Both the position numbers and the translations under genes were made by a program. A stretch of DNA of 64,000 nt from Heptranchias perlo (lineage: Eukaryota): positions 21,762,001 to 21,826,000 of the forward strand of contig NC_090354.1 in the NCBI RefSeq assembly GCF_035084215.1, written 5' to 3'. This document shows positions 12,880 to 26,559 of this stretch, in pieces (position 1 is the stretch's first letter; every line of letters begins with the position of its first letter). The notes under the pieces are model-generated. The model was not told the origin of the DNA. It saw only the letters and a program-made list of their open reading frames with translations, and made no database searches.

Positions 12880-13295
12880 TATGCACTCATCACTCTTGGT
12901 CCACCAACACCTCAGATTTAAAATTCTCATCCTCATGTGTAAATCCCTAATGTCCTTGCCCTTCCCTATCTCGATTACTTCCTCCAGCCCTAGAACCTTC
13001 TCAGAACACTTCATCCCTCCAATTCCTGGTCTCTTGTGCATCCCCCCTCCATTGGCGGCTGCGCTTTCAGCCATCAAGTCCTCATGCTCTGGAATTCCCT
13101 TCCTAACCACCTCTGCCTCGACACCGCTCTCTCCTCATTAAGACCCGACTTAAAACCCACCTCTGACCAAGCTTTTATTAGGAGGGGTACCAATTCTTTC
13201 TTTGATTAGACACATTTTTGTCTGATTACACCTCTGAGGAGCGCCTTAGAACATTTTTCTATGTTAAAGGCACTATATAAATGTAAATTGTTACC
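12880..13295 (+). mobile_element. L2 LINE 3' end
   Basis: Reads LRFKILILMCKSL and has the same 3' terminus as 6130-6484 and 27800-28170. Confidence 0.8.
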
Positions 13296-14029
13296 AATAA
13301 AATATGTGGAGCATATAGTGTTAGTTGTATAGATTATCCTCAACACAAAACTGTAAGTCTGTGTGACGTACTTGCTGCTTAGAATGATTACTATTTTCGA
13401 AAAGGATTTTTCTTGAGAATTTGCCACTATTTCTGTTGTAAGTGACAGAGATTTAAATATTACATCACTGTAACCTTTTTTCCCCCCAACATTTTTTTTC
13501 TTAAGAACCTATTTTATCAGTTAAATTGCTACTGTTCAACTTACTTGCAGTAATGCAGTCACAGTAACTGATGAAAACTGAGTTCTGAAATGACAACCGT
13601 ATGAAAATAACACCAGCGTAAATTTTGTTGATGTGGTTGAAAAATATCACTGAAGTAGAAAAGGGGAGTTCACTGTTTAGTCATTTTCCTTTGGGGTCAT
13701 AATAGCTTCAACATCTATGCTGTTTCTTCATCATGTCATAAACTGCTTCACCCTAGTTAAAGGAGCTTTTTTGAGGGCCTGTCATAGTTTTATATGTAAT
13801 GAGGTATTTTGTACAATACTTAAAATTAACACTGCGTGTTCTTGAAATATGTGGCCCTGTTTGGAGCTAAAAGTAAGGGAATGGTCTTATCTGTGGGACA
13901 TAGCATCTTCTAGTTTGATTGATGGGCCCAGCAGCAATATCATACCCATGTGTTCCTGGTACTGTTTGTGTTGCTGCAGTAGCAGCAGCAGCATACCAGT
14001 GCAGTTCTTGGTCCCTCTGTTCCAGGACT

Positions 14030-14225
14030 GGGGTATTTAAATAGCAGTTGTCCTCTTGACCAGTTTTGGCTCTTGCTGCTGATTTTTAAGTTTGTAACCA
14101 TCAGGCCAAGTTGTTGCTGATTTTAAAATCAGCGACAGCCCTCCAGGCTTGGTACAAGGAGCTCAGATTTTAAGCAGTGAGAGGCCGAGGGTGAAGTTGG
14201 AAGGGAGATCCACCATTTAAATATC
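14030..14225. repeat. Degenerate fold-back element (old palindromic MITE)
   Basis: Perfect central palindrome GCTGATTTTAAAATCAGC (14116-14133) with weakly complementary arms out to GGTATTTAAAT / ATTTAAATATC. Confidence 0.5.
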
Positions 14226-14379
14226 AAAACGTTGGAGAAGCACAGTGCATTCCTGTCAACTGTTAATCTGTTTGTCCAGCACTAAGATACTTAAATGGCA
14301 ACTGTTGTTTCTGACTGACTTGAGTCCAGGCTCCCACTGCAGATTTTTAAAATTGGAATCTGGCCAGCAAAATAGATAA

Positions 14380-15860
14380 ACTAACAACTTGTTTTTATAC
14401 GGCACCTTAAACGTAGAAAAATGTCCCAAGGCACTACACACAGGTGTAAGAAACAAAATGGATGCCAAATCAAAGAAGGTGGGATGACTCAATAGTTTGG
14501 TCAAAGATACAGTCCTCACCACTTACACTGTCCCGCTTATCCCGGACAGCCACCTACACAGGGCGTTTGCCATCATCATTGGCGTCAATTACAAAGGTGC
14601 CACTTAAAGTGGGATTACCTGTCATTTAAGGCCTTTCAGGTAGCCCCGCCATCTTCAGTCACCACTACCCCCTCCTCCCCAGCCCCCCCCCCCGCTCCGT
14701 GGGCCTGCGGTTGCGGCTTATTGGTTTTAGGAGGAGAGGGAGGTGGAGGGGCAGAACGGTTTAAGGAAAGATTAGAGCATGAGGCCTACATGGTTGAAGT
14801 CATGGCCTCTGAGAGTGGGGCGAAGGAAGGGTGCATGCACAAGAGGCTGGGGTCAGAAGAATGGAGAGCTCAGATGGGGTTGTAGCACCAAGAAGGTTAT
14901 GGATAAAGGGAAGGAATAAGGCCATGTAGGGATTTAAACACAAGAATGAGAATTTTAAATTAGAAGCATGGGAGGACCTGGGAGCCAATTAGTTCAGCGA
15001 GGACAGGGATGACGGGTGAGCAAGAACTGGTGTGGGATAGGATGGGCAATAGAATTTTGGATGAGCTAAAGTTTACAAAGGGTGGAGGATGGGAAGCTGG
15101 CCAGAAGAGCATTGGAATAGTCAAACCTGGGAGTAACAAAGGCATGCGAGAGGGTTTCAGCAGCAAGGGGCAGAGGCAGTGATATTAGAGGTGAAGGTAG
15201 GTTATCTTCTCAATTGGGAGGATATAAGTTCGGAAGCTCAGCTTGGGTTTGAATATGATACCGAGGTTGCAAACAGTCTGGTTCAGACTGAGACAGTGTC
15301 TGAAGAGGGGAATTGGGTTAGTGCAAGGGTACGGAGCTGAAGATGATCTCATTGGTCTTCCTAATACTCCGCTGGAGGAAATTGCTGCTCATCTGAGTGT
15401 TGGACCAGCAGTGTGACTGCACCGAGACAATGGAAGAGTCGAGGGAGATGGTGGAGATGTATGGTTGGGTGTCATCACCGTACACCTGAAAGCTGACTCT
15501 GTCTGTGGATGATGTTGCAGCACGTAGATGAGAAAGAAGATGGGATCAAGGATAGACCTTAGGGTATTCTCTAGGTGTCAGTGCAGGGGTGGGAAGCGAC
15601 GACATTGGTAGGGATGCACTGGCTAAAATCAGATAGGCAAGAGTGGGCCCTAGCAAGAGCAGTCCCAATAAGTTGGACAGTGGAAGAGGATGGTGTGGCT
15701 GACCGTGTCAAGAGATAATGAGATGGATAATGTACCACAGTAAGATAATGTAATTTATGCCTTTGTTTAGGGTAGTTTCGAAGATATGGAAACCTGATTG
15801 GAGGGATTCAAACAGAATTACGGGAGAAATGGGCATGGATCTAGGAGGTGACGTTTTGTT
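14380..15860 (-). mobile_element. L2 LINE fragment (RT to 3' end) with a GC-rich insert at about 14515-14720
   Basis: Reverse complement matches 26900-28170 (SPVIPVLAEL motif, GGTGATGACACCCAAC, L2 tail at 14380-14430). Confidence 0.85.
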
Positions 15861-16439
15861 TGAGAGTTCGGCAGCAGGAACCAGATCTGAAGTTGAGAGG
15901 GAGAGTTGTCATTTTAAATATTGCAGCACTGGAGGAGCAGAGCAGTAGTCAATAGGAAGTTACCTGTTGAAAAGAGAAATATATATTAGTTGTTGTTAAC
16001 CATCATGAAGGTGAGAATTTTGGTAGATAGAAGTTTTGTAATGTTGACCCATGTGTTATACAAAGACCATGAAATCCTTCAAGAGATCATCTTGTATGCA
16101 GGTTACCTGAAGTTTTGCCTAATGAGGAATGCAACTCACAAGTTATGACATATCAGAGAAATATTTATAGTATTAGCACATTAGATGTTTCAAATTAACA
16201 TTTAACTGCTAGCTAATTTTGTGTTCGATTCTTAAAATAATGAGATTAGAATTGCTCAAAGCCCCTGTTAGAACCTGTTCTCAAAAAAATTGAGTAGCCA
16301 TAACGCGAACATTTTGTCTGCTGAAATTAGCAATACATTAAATGCACAGTTGAAATCTGTGTTGATCAGGTTATGGGTTAAGATAGAGGTTACAGAAATT
16401 GTTTGATGTGTCGGTCTGTGTTGTCCTTTTTAAAAAAAA

Positions 16440-17650
16440 AAGCAAGGGGGTGAGGTAGTTGGGGTTGCTGCTCATAAGGAGACAGTGACGGATGCCTCGA
16501 TGGACCCTTTGGTGAACGTTGAGAGGGGCACAGAGGTTAGGTGTGGAATTCAAGCCTGGAATAGTGGCAGGAGAGTAGGAAAGCAGAGGAATAGTGAAGG
16601 GTTGGGGTAGGGATTGTGGGGGCAAAATACCCATGAGAGGAGAAATGAAAGCTAACATGACTAGGTTACAGAAAGGGGGGGGAGACGGGAAAGAAGGGCC
16701 TAATGGGGGTCAAGAGAAGAGGGGAATAAAGGGGAGGTAGAAGTAATGGGCTCAGGTCTGGAGTGGCAGACAAAATGCGTACATGAATGGAAAAGGGAAT
16801 TCAGGTTACAAAGGCAAGGCAAAGATTAGGATAGCTATGTCCTCATTGTAAACAGAGGATAGGGAGGAGACGATATGAAGGAGTCCAGAGTTAAAGTCAG
16901 AGGTCCAGTGGTGGGATGAAGTTGACTTGTAGACACAATGGAGTCAGCTTGGAGCATAAATGAACTAATGTCCAGGTTCGGAGATAGTTGTGAAAGGCAA
17001 GTAAGTCCAGAGTATCAGTGAGTAGACTGCTGGAGGTTGTCCATTGGGAGATGGAGAGGTGAGTAGCGGCCTCGTGATTAGTAAAGCACAACAACTGATC
17101 CAGTATTCCAGCCGAAGAATGAGAAGCAGTTGGAGTGAAACCCAAGGGCTGAGAGTAGTAAAGCCTAGGGAGCTTGGAAACCGTGATAGGGAAATCCACA
17201 AGATCAATACAGATGAGGAAGCTGGTCCATTGAACAGCTGTGGGGAGGTGCGGAACACATAAGATCTGGAGCAGCAGTAGGAGCTTGAGAGAAGGTGACG
17301 GAGCTGTTCTATAGCATGACTGGAGTCACCGGTTACTGGAAGCAAGCGGAAGGTGGTGAAGCAAAGGTCAGTTGGAGCAGAATCCAGAGCAGGATGGGAA
17401 CCAGCAGGAGCAGATCAGAGCTAGCTCGGCATAAAGTGAAAATGTCCCGGCAGAGGAGCAGAAAACTAAGGACGCAGAAGCAGGCCAGGTACTAGAGTAG
17501 AGGCAGCCTAACAGAGAATGCAGTCTCCTTAGAAAGCAGTGACAATGGTGGAGGTCACTATAAGATCCAGAAGCTAGCGGAGAAATAGGCATCGGCCCCG
17601 AAAAAAGGGGATTTCTGTCCAGGCCCGTAAAGCAGAGAAACCAGCAGTGC
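16440..17650 (-). repeat. Unclassified purine-rich interspersed repeat
   Basis: 16455-16540 is the reverse complement homologue of 1409-1486; strong purine skew; no family recognised. Confidence 0.5.
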
Positions 17651-18829
17651 ACTGAAGTACAGTCAGAAGGATGACACAAAAAAGATTCACACATGTCAGC
17701 CTAAAAGCTCTTCCTGTGTGCTTGAGACTTTATCCAACTGTATAAACAGCACCAAAGCAAGATCTCACCTGTTCACTGAACAATTCAGCATTGTATGGTA
17801 TGTAATGTGTTCTGCCTTGCATTTAGATGGCTTTTGACGAGCATGTTAATTTTATTTGTCTAGTTTGTACTTTTGTCTTGTATGCTGAGTACTGGCATTT
17901 CATAATGAGAATAATGATATCTGGGCCACTGATGTATTTAAAGTAAAAAGAGATTAGTCAAGCTGTTCTTTACTCAAGGCCTTGTTACCAATAAGTCAGT
18001 TACCTACCACAGACATAGCATTAAACTTCATTATTCAGAAAAATACTCTTCCTGTCACCTGACTATTATAATTGTAATCTGGCATCAAAATTGTATAAAA
18101 CCACCCTCTTCCTGTCATGCAATGCAGAGATATGGCAAAATTGTGTAGCCATAATAACTATTGAGGAGAAAATTGGAAAATAGAAACTCCGACAGCAAGG
18201 ACATGAACAGAAAAACGTATAACCATCATAAAGAATAAGGCTGCATTTATATCTAAATAATGGTAATTGGGAAAGATTGATAACTTGGCCAAGGTTTGCT
18301 ATTGTAATTTATTAAACTACCCAAATTCATTGGATGGAGTGCAACTTTGTAACAAACTCTTAACCATCTGTTATTCTAAGAATAAATGAAGTCCATGGAC
18401 AAGAAGGTAGAAAACTCCTGTATGTTTGTGGCAGCTTGTCTGACACATTGCCTTGTTTGAAGGATGGCTTGTCTAGCCCCTTGTTTTTTTTATTTTAAGT
18501 ACACCACTACTCCAGATAATGCTGCTTCCATTAAAAAAAATGTTGGTACTGAGCATATACTGCAAACACACTGATTAGATAGCGATGGACATAATTAGGC
18601 GTGCTGAATAAGAGTGGTTGAGAAACTTGGGTTGAAAGTGATAGGTTAGGATAGTAGGGCGACTGTGTGAGGTGCAGAGATGAAAAAATGGGTGTTCAAA
18701 TTATCAGCTGCATTTCTTTGCTAATGCTATTACTGTTTGGATTGTGATAGAATTGCTATATATCTGGCTACCTGTGGCCAGCAGTGCTTTTGTTTCTTGT
18801 CTAGTTGAGTATCTTGATGGTGAGGTATT

Positions 18830-19560
18830 CATAGTATCATAGTATGATGCAGCACAGAAGGAGGCCATTCGACCCATCATGCCTGTACCTCTTTGGTAGA
18901 ACTATCCAATTAGTCCCACTCCCCTGCTCTTTCTCCATAGCCTTGTAAATTTTTTCCCTTCTAGTATTTATCCAATTCCCTTTTGATAGTCATTATTGAA
19001 TCTGCTTCAACCATCTTTTCAGACAGTGCATTCCAGATCATAACAACTCACTGCGTTTTAAAAAAAAACATGTTTCCTCATGTTGCCTCTGGTTCTTTTG
19101 CCAATCACCTCAAACCTGTGTGCTTAGGTTACCAACCTTTCTGCCACTGGAAACAGCTTTTTCTTATTTACTCTATAAAAACCATTCATGATTTTGAACA
19201 CCTCTATCAAATTTCTTAACATTCTCTGCTCTAAGGAGAACAACCCCAGCTTCTCCAGTCTCTCCACATAACTGAAGTCCCTCATCCCTGGTACCATTCT
19301 GGTAAATCTCTTCTGCACCGTCTCTAATGCCTTGATATCCTTCCTAAAGTGTGGTACCCAGAATTGAACACAATACTCCAGATGAGGCCTAACCAGTGTT
19401 TTATAAAGGTTTAGCATGACTTCCTTGCTTTTGTACTCTATTAATAAAGCCCAGGATCCCATATGCTTTTTTAACAGCCTTCTCAACTTGTCCTGCCACC
19501 TTCAAAGATTTATGTACATACACCCCCACCTCTGTTCTTGCACCCCCTTTAGAATTGTAC
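18830..19560 (-). mobile_element. CR1 LINE 3' fragment
   Basis: ORF 19124-19486 reads LYKTLVRPHLEYCVQFWVPHFRKDIKALETVQKRFTRMVPG. Confidence 0.93.
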
Positions 19561-22500
19561 TATTCTTAAAGTCTGTTCCTAATTTCCTATCTCCAATTAT
19601 GTGAAACTTTAAGAAAAGTTCAGCAAAGTAATGAGAAACACAATTTAACTGCAATCTTATTGCTAGTAGAAATATTATATATGGAAATGCAAGTGACGGC
19701 TATTGATAAAATGGCAAAGCTCAATATTAATGTTATCAGCTAGTACAAATGAATGACTACTTGCTGAGGAATTAACACTAGCATCTGTGGTCCTTTTCTC
19801 TCTAGTGGTAATGCAGAAGTACTGGCAGGACATTTCTTTGAAAACAGTTACCCACCGATAGTCAAAAGGCGAACTACAAGTTCATCTGTACTCAGTAGCT
19901 CACAGTAATATATAACTTTTATAAAAGTTTTCAGTATTTTTGCTCATGGATTTATCTGTCTGAATAGCATTGATGACAGGAACCTCATAGCATAAGCAAT
20001 GTGTGACCTCCTTTTTACCCTGAGTGGTGGTTTCAGTCATTTGGTGGTTGTAAGTCTCAGTATGCTACTGGAGAACAGTACTATACTATTTTGTACTCAA
20101 ACTGAAACGCTACATTGACGTTGAGGTTTTAAGATGTGCACTTTCTTGGTAACTCTCTATTTGAAACCCACTTGAGTTCTGTGATTTAAAATGACTGTAA
20201 AATGTTATACCATCTGTTGTCAGTGGTAGCACTTGACCTCCAAAAATAGGTGAACTTTTCCCGTCCATCCAAAATTGGATGAAGCCAAGGCATAGATGCA
20301 GGTTTCTATTTGAGATTTTAATAATAGGCATTTGAAATTTATAAATTTGCTTTCATAATGTTTAGTTATTGAATTGCTGCTGCAGTCAGTGAAATAATTA
20401 CTCTTTACACTACAAGAACTGCCTATTTGTATCCGTCAGGCATTCTTTATCCAGTGCAAATATTAGATTTTTTAAATACACATATTGAATCAATCTTATT
20501 TAACCATTAGAAATCAGTTTACATGATAAATAGTGGCACAGAAACATGCATACATACAATGTCTCCAAAATGGTTTGAAAGAATTACTGTTAAATTGTGT
20601 TAAATGTTCCTAGTAATTTACTAGAGCAATTTTTTGATCACACATTTACAACACATTACAACAATCTTTAAAGCATATTACTTCCTAAAGGACAGTTGCT
20701 GTTAATTATAACCAAAATTTAATTGTATGCAAGTATATTTCTTAGTATTCTATGTAACACTAAGAAATATTCCATAAATGTTTCTACTGCTACTTGAAAA
20801 TATCTGCTAGCACATGACAGTACATTGCTGCAGATAAACCAGATTTGAGGCAAGTGCCGAGGATAAATGAAAATTCACCAAATCGGAAACAAGTGATTTG
20901 TTATAGGCTTAATATGCTAACTTGTAAAATGTTTTTGTTGCCTTTTATTTGGAAGCTTTTATTTGAAGTGCTGGTTAGTAGAATATTAATATTGGAATTT
21001 TGTACCTGACTTGACACTTTGTAGCCTAGCCTGGCATTGAAGATGTATAGATGTTTATTTTTTTACTGTAATTTGTGAAATATACTCTGATATTTGAACA
21101 ATGACGTGTAATTTTTAAAATCAATTGACGGTAATAATGTCAAAGCCCAAAGCTAAGAGGGTTGAATTCGTCAGAGGAAAAATGGAGATAATTCAGTTCT
21201 ACTTATCAGAAGTTGATTATATTTATTGTACCATAAACAAGTTTATTAAAATCACACCTTTGAGAACGCCAATACTTTTTATTTTTTTTAAATCTTAAAA
21301 TTCAGCAAGCATTGAGAAAATGTTGAATATTTTTTATTATTCAGAAGACGTTCCTTTTTAAAGCACAGATTCACGTATTTACAGAATTTTGCTTTTCTGC
21401 TGTATATTTTAATTTGGTACATATCTTCACAGGTAGCAGTAGAAACTTTTATGGAAAAACCCATTTGTTTGCAGAGCATATTTTGAATTTGGTTAGAGTA
21501 CCTGTTGAGGCCGCAGGATAATTTTATGTCATGCTTCATTCCCAGTATGCAGCTTCACTTGGTTGTAATGCAGATGAGAGAATCAAGTGTGGGGGTCATT
21601 TACTGTATCTAAAATGCCTGTGACAGTACTTTCTATTCGAGGCTTGTACCTTTATACCTGAGGCCTATACCTATACCCGTGTACCTGAAGTCTCAGCTTG
21701 ATGTTTGTAGAGGTCCCAGAGCCATAATTCTTGGCTGAAGAGATTTAACAGGATTTCAAGCTACAGCTCCCAGCATGTATTTGGCCATTCATAGAGCATG
21801 CCCAGTCTTGCTGTTTGTAACCTCTGCCCCCTCCTATCAATGGAAAATTACCATAAACAAAAAATCCCAGAGAAGCCACCATAGAAGCATTTAAGGCAAG
21901 TTGAATTTGTGTGTGGGATGGGGGTGGTTCGCACAAAATATCGAAAACATGGTAAAGAATTAACTCCTATAGTTATTTTCTGAGGTAACTGAGAACCGAA
22001 ACAGTGCATAGTATTTATTTGTTAGGGTATCTTTACACTCGTTTGAGACCGATAGCCGATGCTTGGTTCCCTGATTAGCCTGCTCAGCAGAGAGCTCTTT
22101 GCATGCAAAGAAACATGCATGTGCAGTGTATTCCCAGTAGTAAAACAAATTAACATTTTAGAGCACAAGGAGAGATTACCCCCTGAAAATTTTGTAAACC
22201 AGGTTTGACACACACTTGATTTACGCTACGTGCCTTGTCAACCTGAAGTGGGGTGATATTCTATCTTTCAGGGAGTTTCACTCCACTATAGAGATGGGCA
22301 AATCCCAAAGGGAACCAAACAATGATGCAGCAGAGGAGATAAACAGCAAGTGGCAAAGTCCTCAGGTTGCACTGACTTGGAGCAGGACTTAATATTTTGT
22401 AATATATTCTAAATGGTTACAGCAGCTGCCTTGTACTTATAGTTATACCCCAAAATAATCTTTTTCATATAAACAAGTAGCAAGTTCTGGAAGAACTGTG

Positions 22501-23999
22501 CCATCATTTTGGAGGAGGTTATGAATAAAAGTCCCGATTTAAATATGTATATTTATGCTTGGCAATATTTCAGTATTGCAAAGATGGAAAGATCTAAATT
22601 AGTTTAATGTTTTCTTAAGTTTTATATACTTATTGACATTTGCTACTAAAATGCACCCTAAACAGATGAGCAGTGAAAGTAAAGAGCTGCTTCCTCATAT
22701 TATAGGCAATTTATTCATTCAGCTACTTGCAATGGATAGGGAATACATTATCAAGAAATACTTTATTGCCTTTGAAGAGATCTTAGACAAATGTCTTTCC
22801 AAATTCACTGGAGATGTGTACCCTTCCCTCACCCCTTGCAGCAGGATAACCTCTGACATTGTGAGCAATGCTATGAGAGATCTAGTAGTTTGAAAATTTC
22901 ACATGACCACTAATATTGATGACAGCACAGTACTCATTTTCTTGTACTGATGATACCCTGCACAAACACTGAAGCTTCATAAATTCACAATTGTTAACTT
23001 GCCTCATGCTGGTCCACGTTGTGCATTAATTGCAGTTAAGAACATAATTATTTTCTGGCTACTGTTGATTTTTTGCATTGCCTGACTTAATGGTGCCAAA
23101 ATTTGGAAAAACTGGGAATGTGAAAATAGTTGTCTTTTGCTAGCATTGTCTGCAAAAAAAATGTATAATGTGGGTCATAGATTCCTGTGGTTTACGTAGA
23201 GACTTCACTTTAAATGGGTTTATCTTTGCTTATTGCACAGTACACGAAAAAACAATCTAGGTATAGACATCTTCAAATTTTGGAAATCTTGCAAGAACTT
23301 CATGTGGGGTTACATATTGGATGTGGAGCAGGATGGGACTGTGGGTAAAGCTGATGGTTGATTTGTTACATAAATTAAGTTAATACATGGGCCAGAGGCT
23401 CCCAGCGATAATAATTTTGCATGATTTTAGTAGTTGCGTATAATTATTCTCACATATAGTCAAAATCTAATCATAGCAGCTGGTTGCAAATTACAGGTTA
23501 CCTTTTTACACACACTGTTTGGGTTGAGAAAGCAAATGGGTAAGGTTACAAGATTACAACATCAACACAGAATTGAGGTTTTCTTCAATAGTAATTTAGA
23601 TGATATGAGTCCATGAAATTCAGACAACTGTTTTGTATTTAATTATTCTGACTGGCACATTAGTTTGTTTTGGCTGTTAAGTTCCATTTTATGTGACCGT
23701 AAACACTAACGACTCAAAATATCTGAAAATCTCATGTCACTAGTATCAGGTTATGTGCTTCCACTTCACTAGAGATACTTGTATTCAACTATGTTGACTG
23801 TTGGGTACAATTACGATATAAACTGGATAGTTATTTTTGTGTGTAGTAGGATTGATGAGAGGATTGTCAACTTAATTTTCTATTCCTAGCCTAGTTAATG
23901 TGAAATACAGGAGACTTGTTCAACTGTTAATAAGAACGGTAAACTTCTTAAAGTGATCATTTTAACAATCGTACACCCAGGATCAGAAATAGACATATT

Positions 24000-25737
24000 G
24001 GGGTCAATTTTAGGATGGCTGAGCAGGTGCATTTGTGGCGGGGGGTTCCTAAAATTGGGGAATTCTGGAGCAGATTGGGAGCCTGGCTCCAACCCGCCCA
24101 CTTCCGGGTTTCCCAATAACGCGAATCGGTGCGTGCGCAGCCCCCGCATGTGGGATTCCCACCGGCAATTAAAGTCGGCGGGATGACAGTTTAGATAGTT
24201 AGGGAGGTATTTGAGGTCGTTGACAGACCTCATTGGGAAGAGATTTTAGCAGGGATGTGATTTTGGACTCTCCTCAGCATGTTTCCCATGCTGTGGGAAA
24301 CGCTCCCTGTTGTTGCAGACGTGTTTCAGTCAGCAGACATTGGGAGATGCAGAGGATTCCTTGACAATTGGGGGGAATACCTCATTCATTGCAGCAGGGC
24401 ACTCTGTCACATCAGACAAAGTTTTGCCTGCCACACCGTTGCCTCCATACTCAAAATTATTACATCATACCCTAAACTCTGCCGTCCAAACACAATTACC
24501 TACTTTGCGGACCCCCTCACACTCACACCGTCAGGAATGGGGGGCGTTCCATTGCTGCATTCATCACTCCATTGGAGGACGAGCAACATCACCAGCCTCA
24601 CCAGCCATGCCGTCCACCTCCGCCACGTGGAGCTACACAACAAAGTGCTGCGCAACAGGCACCTGCACAAAGTAGTCATGCAACTACACATACACCCACT
24701 GTAGGGTGACCCAATGGGTGGCAATAAGGGTGTTCATGGAGAACCTCATGAAAGGGCCTTATTGCACAAGCCAGTCAAGGATGGCCAAGATGTGGCAGTA
24801 GTGGTGACAATATAATATGTAATGTGAGTTGATCAGAAATCAAATATAAGTAAAAACCATGACAAACCCTCAAACACCCTTGTGCATCCCCTTCATGCTC
24901 TCGACACGTTTGCCTTATGCTTCCTACTACACATACGTGTTGCATGCCCTTGTGGCTGCAGCACAGGTAGTGGCAGGTTGGTTGAGGCTGACCGTGAAAG
25001 AGATGCATGAGAGGGTGAGTGTAAGACAGAGCCATGAGATTGTATGAGGATTGGGTTGAGTGGTGGTGGTGGGATGAGTACTGGGGAGGTGAGGAAGTGC
25101 AGGTAAGATGAGGGTTCAGTGGGTGTGTGGAGTGATGTGACAGAGTAGTGTTGGCAGTGCAGAAGGAGATGTGGGGTGGAGGCGGTGATGTGGCAGACGG
25201 AGTGTAGGGGAATGAGTAAGAGTACTCACTTCGGCTGACCTGGTTCGGTCATTGAAGTGCCTCCTGCACTGTATGCAGGTGCGTGATATGTTGGTGGTGC
25301 TGGTGACCTCCTCTGCCCCCACGAGCCAGGCCTTCATGGTGTTAGAAGCAGGCCACTTCCTCCCGTCCGCCGGGTGGAAGATCTCCCTCCTCCTCCTCCT
25401 CCTCCTCACCCCATCCATTAGGACCTGGAGTGAGGCATCATTAAACCTGGGAGCAGCCTTCCCCCTGGAATGCTTCATGCTGAAATTTTGCCTATTTTCT
25501 GCAGCATCATTCAGTGGAGGACTGCCCCTTTAAATAGGTCTCCTCCAGCTGACAGCCTATGATGCAGGTGCGCAGTCCGCCCGCTGCGCAGCTTTCCAGC
25601 GCGAAACCCAGAAGTCAAGGTAAGTGGCTTCAATTTACTTACGATCGCGAGCCAAACCACCGATTTCACTGGGCGGGTTACCCACGTGCCCAGTCGACCC
25701 CCCGCTGCCAACCTGCCTCCCTCCTAATATCGGGCCC
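24000..25737 (-). mobile_element. Non-autonomous PIF/Harbinger element with a Myb/SANT-like exon
   Basis: Termini GGGGTCAATTTT...AATATCGGGCCC; 3-bp TSD ATT (23997-23999 and 25738-25740). Minus-strand exon 25478-25230 reads MKHSRGKAAPRFNDASLQVLMDGV...KAWLVGAEEVTSTTNISRTCIQCRRHFNDRTRSAE, followed by GTGAGT. Confidence 0.88.
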
Positions 25738-26559
25738 ATTGTGTGCAGAATAGTATTGTTCCATTGATTTTAAATTGAGGGAAACATGTTTTTGGTTCCT
25801 TTTCTTTATACATTTTTCCAAGTCCATCTGTTATCCCCTATTTTAGTAGTCTTGCTGTTTTTTTTATTTTTCTCTTCCTGCTTGCCTTTTTCCTTTCACT
25901 TTCTATTTCTTTCAATTAATATTTAGACTGATGTATGGAGCCTTATTTAAAAAAAAAGCCCCTTCTACTTCTCCCCAAAAGCAATAAAATAATAAAGAAA
26001 CTCAATAATGTTCATTCACTGATCCATTGAATATCTAAGTTTTTTTTCTTGCTGATCTGGGCGTTATATTAAGTTTTATTGTATTTATCTCAACGTTATA
26101 ATTGCATATTTAGTTTTCTGTATTTGATCTAATTTGAGAAGGTGTAAATGCAGTTTATATGAACAAATGGTTAACTTAGAAACTTCCCGCATGAATTGTA
26201 ACCAACATACATAGTTGTCAGCACGTTCCCACATATGCTGTTAACCTTTTTGTGTTAATGTCTTTGACAAAAATGTACTATTTTGACAACCTGTTTTCTA
26301 CTCAGTTTATCATGCAAAAAGGGTCTCTTCAGCTACACTGTTCTCGGGAGCACTTTGTGACAGGTTGCTGCTTAGGCATTCTATTCAGTTCACTCATTAT
26401 GATTATTTTGGTGTAGGCAGTCAGGCCATGAGAAGTCTCCATTCTTCACTGGAACTGGCCATGATGGTAGAGTAGGCAAGCATTCCAAGTTCTTATCATT
26501 TCAAATTATAACCCAAGGTTCACCCCTGCCCTAGACATGAATCCGCATCTATAGTTTCT

